Assembly (NCBI GenBank): GCA_017654855.1
Contig: CM030334.1
Span: 310,001 to 374,000, forward strand
DNA length: 64,000 bases
Source: Podospora anserina
Taxonomy: Eukaryota
Direction: 5' to 3'
Below are positions 61,596 to 64,000 of the stretch, one piece after another (within the stretch, counting starts at the first letter, position 1; each line of letters opens with the position of its first letter). A program made the position numbers and the translations under genes. Under the pieces are notes generated by a model, which made no database searches, was not told the DNA's origin, and saw only the letters and a program-made list of their open reading frames with translations.

Positions 61596-64000
61596 ATGGC
61601 CCGACAAAAGACCCAACTCCCTTTGCGCCCAGCTGGCTCGCAAGCGGGCAAAAAGCCCTGCGTGTTCTTCGCCCAGCAAGGCTGTCGAAATGGTAGCTCC
61701 TGCTCATTTTCCCATGATCCAGCCGTCGTCGAGTCAGTGACCAGAATTACGCCCACCGGCGAGCAAGATGGCAAAGCCCCGACACCAAACCCACCTGCCA
61801 TTTCTATCTCAAAGGAGCTTGCCTGAAGGGAGACAGCTGCCCCTTTGCTCACCCGGAATCCACCCAACCACTCGTTTCCGAGGAGAATGGGGAGCATTCA
61901 ACTGATAAAAGACAGGGCCCAGAGAATGTAGGCTCACGCCCATTCTAAAACTAAAGACATTTGCTAATCTCCATACTATTTAGGATGAATCCGAGGACAA
62001 ACCCGACGACTAGATACGCCAGCTCGGCCGTTCGCATCAGTCAATTGCCTGTGGACAGCACAGCGGGTTATATCTTTTCAGTCCTCCGCAAACTCGGCTT
62101 TGCCGTCTCGATCGACGAAATTCGCTTCACCCCAAGTCCCGATCCAACCTATCGTGTTGCCGATCTCCTCATTGAGGATCCCGCTTTCGCCAGACAGTTC
62201 ATCAGCATGGCAGATGTCTTCAAAAGATCCTTTGCGGGCAAGAATAGCATCAAAGTCATCGCTATCAACGCGCCGATGCCAGGGGGGTCGGGAATGCACA
62301 GGGTTGAATGCAAAAAGGTCCTGTGCTCTTGGTACCGGCCGTTCAAGACGGTGTGGCTCAATTTCACATCGTCGGGCTTGGCCGAGATAGTCCACGAGAA
62401 GTACACGAGTGGCAGGTGGAGAGTTCTCAACATGCCTGTCACAAGTCACACGCCCAAGAGGAGCAAAGCGTGGACGACAGTCATGCTCACCGAAGTCCCT
62501 GCCGAGGGCTACCGAAGACGATGTCAAGAAGTCGATCCCGGCGAGCATATCGCCTAGAAACGTGGAGACTGGGACCCCGAGCTTTAGCTACGACGCTGAG
62601 ATGGCGAATGCTCTTGTCAAGTCTAGGCTGATGGACGTTGGACCGCTCGAGTGGTGGGAGGATGCCGTGTTTGGAGGCAAGCGTGCCAAGGCGAAGGCTC
62701 GGTTTCAGGACGATGGCGATGCTGCCAAGGCGGCCTCCCTGCTCGACGGATGGGAGCTGCCATTTCACAAGAAGGGCAAGCTCACTGTTCAGGCCATCTA
62801 CTCTGCACGATTCCGGGTCCAAGAGCGGATCTATCGAGCCATCAAGCCCATTATCGAGGAATAGAGCAAGACGTGGCAAGCAAAAAAGGTGTACTTGGCT
62901 GCCTATGAACCTGCTCGTTTCTCCTCTTCGCTTGTCCTGAAGTTTGAAGGAGAGGATAACAAGGCGGTTGCGGAAGCAAAGCGAATCTTAGAGCAGATAT
63001 TGTAAGGCCACCTTGCGACTAACAAAGGTAAGCCGATCTGGTTACTTACCTTTACCGTTAACGGTGAGGTCTTTCAGAAAATACAGGAACTTGAGCAACT
63101 CCTGGGCATCGTGATTATCCGCAACAGGAAGCTATCACGAGTGTACCTCTTTGGGCTGGAAGACAAGTGCAAAGAAGCCGAGACGAAGCTTGCGGCAATT
63201 GCACAGCAGGACTTGTCAACCACAAACTTCATTAAGCTTAACGCCGCCCAGTTTGCGTGGGCTTGCCGAGGTGGATTTAAGTCCATCACAGAGGCACTCG
63301 GCCGAAAGGCTACCTTTAATGTCGTCTCCGATCCCAAGCAGATTGTGGTGACAGGCTCAGACGAAGACTTCAAGCTCGCCATCGACATGGTCAAGGCCCA
63401 GAAGGAGCCCAACTCTGGGAGCAGCAGCAGCAACACGGGAAAACAATCCAGCACTGGAGACTGCTCCATTTGCTGGACGGAACCCGAAAATCCCCTCGTC
63501 ACTGATTGTGGCCATACCTATTGCTCTGACTGCTTCGAGGGACTGTGCGTCTCGGCGACCTCCTCCGCCAAAAACGACTTCATCCTCCGATGCGAAGGGA
63601 ACTCGTCCCAGTGTCAGCAAGCCTTCTCTCTTAACTTCCTCCAAGAGCGCCTATCCTCTTAACTGTTTGAAGACATCCTCGAGGTATCCTTCAAGTCCTA
63701 TGTCTCGCACCGCCCCGACGCGCTACGCTACTGCCCTACCCCTGACTGTGGCCAGATCTATCGCGCTGCGACGGGAACCTTCACCTGCCCCAATTGCCTC
63801 ACGCCGGTGTGCACGACCTGTTTCGTATCACACCAGGGCATGACGTGTGCCGACCATAAGTATGTTTCGTCAGGTGGGGACCTGGCCCTGAACGAAGCCA
63901 AGCAGCGTTTGGGGATTAAGGACTGTCCAAAGTGCAAGACTGCCATGGAAAAGACGGAGGGCTGTGACCATATGACATGTGGTGGGTGTGGGACGCATAT
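61596..64000 (+). pseudogene. CCCH zinc finger + RRM-like + RBR (RING-IBR-RING) E3 ligase gene, multiple stops; runs off the window
   Basis: CVFFAQQGCRNGSSCSFSH, CSICW...CGHTYCSDC, YCPTPDC and CPKC...EKTEGCDHMTC. Stops at 62011, 62862, 63003 and 63660; frameshift near 62505. Confidence 0.85.

Noticed and set aside
2642-64000. In-frame stops as sites of sexual-stage A-to-I restorative editing
   Set aside because: Only a few stops fall at Trp positions. Most are TAA/TAG/TGA at Gln/Arg-like positions, and most of these genes also have frameshifts or deletions.

Overview
Filamentous ascomycete genomic DNA, with GT-AG introns carrying CTRAC branch sites and strong RIP (C->T/G->A) signatures. The LTR families resemble those of the Podospora anserina complex; the organism is inferred, not shown. 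Six genes look intact: an uncharacterised protein, a DUF2235/Tle1-like hydrolase, a Whi5-motif protein, an alpha/beta hydrolase, an NAD(P)-binding protein and an NTase-like protein. Roughly ten others are pseudogenes. The centre (29420-49970) is a nested transposon stack inside a cytochrome P450 gene. Its outermost element is a minus-strand Ty3/Gypsy chromovirus that carries an intact, un-RIPed 499-aa PD-(D/E)xK-nuclease-like ORF between its chromodomain and its polypurine tract, the slot where retroviruses place env. This is the main candidate novelty. Nested inside are a pogo/Fot1 DNA transposon (containing a solo LTR), a split solo LTR containing a full-length crapaud-like Gypsy element, and an internally deleted crapaud-like element; all inner insertions are resolved by TSDs. 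A separate decayed island (~16.1-24.7 kb) has Starship-like cargo remnants: a captain-like Zn-binding C-terminus, a kinase and a REase-like gene.
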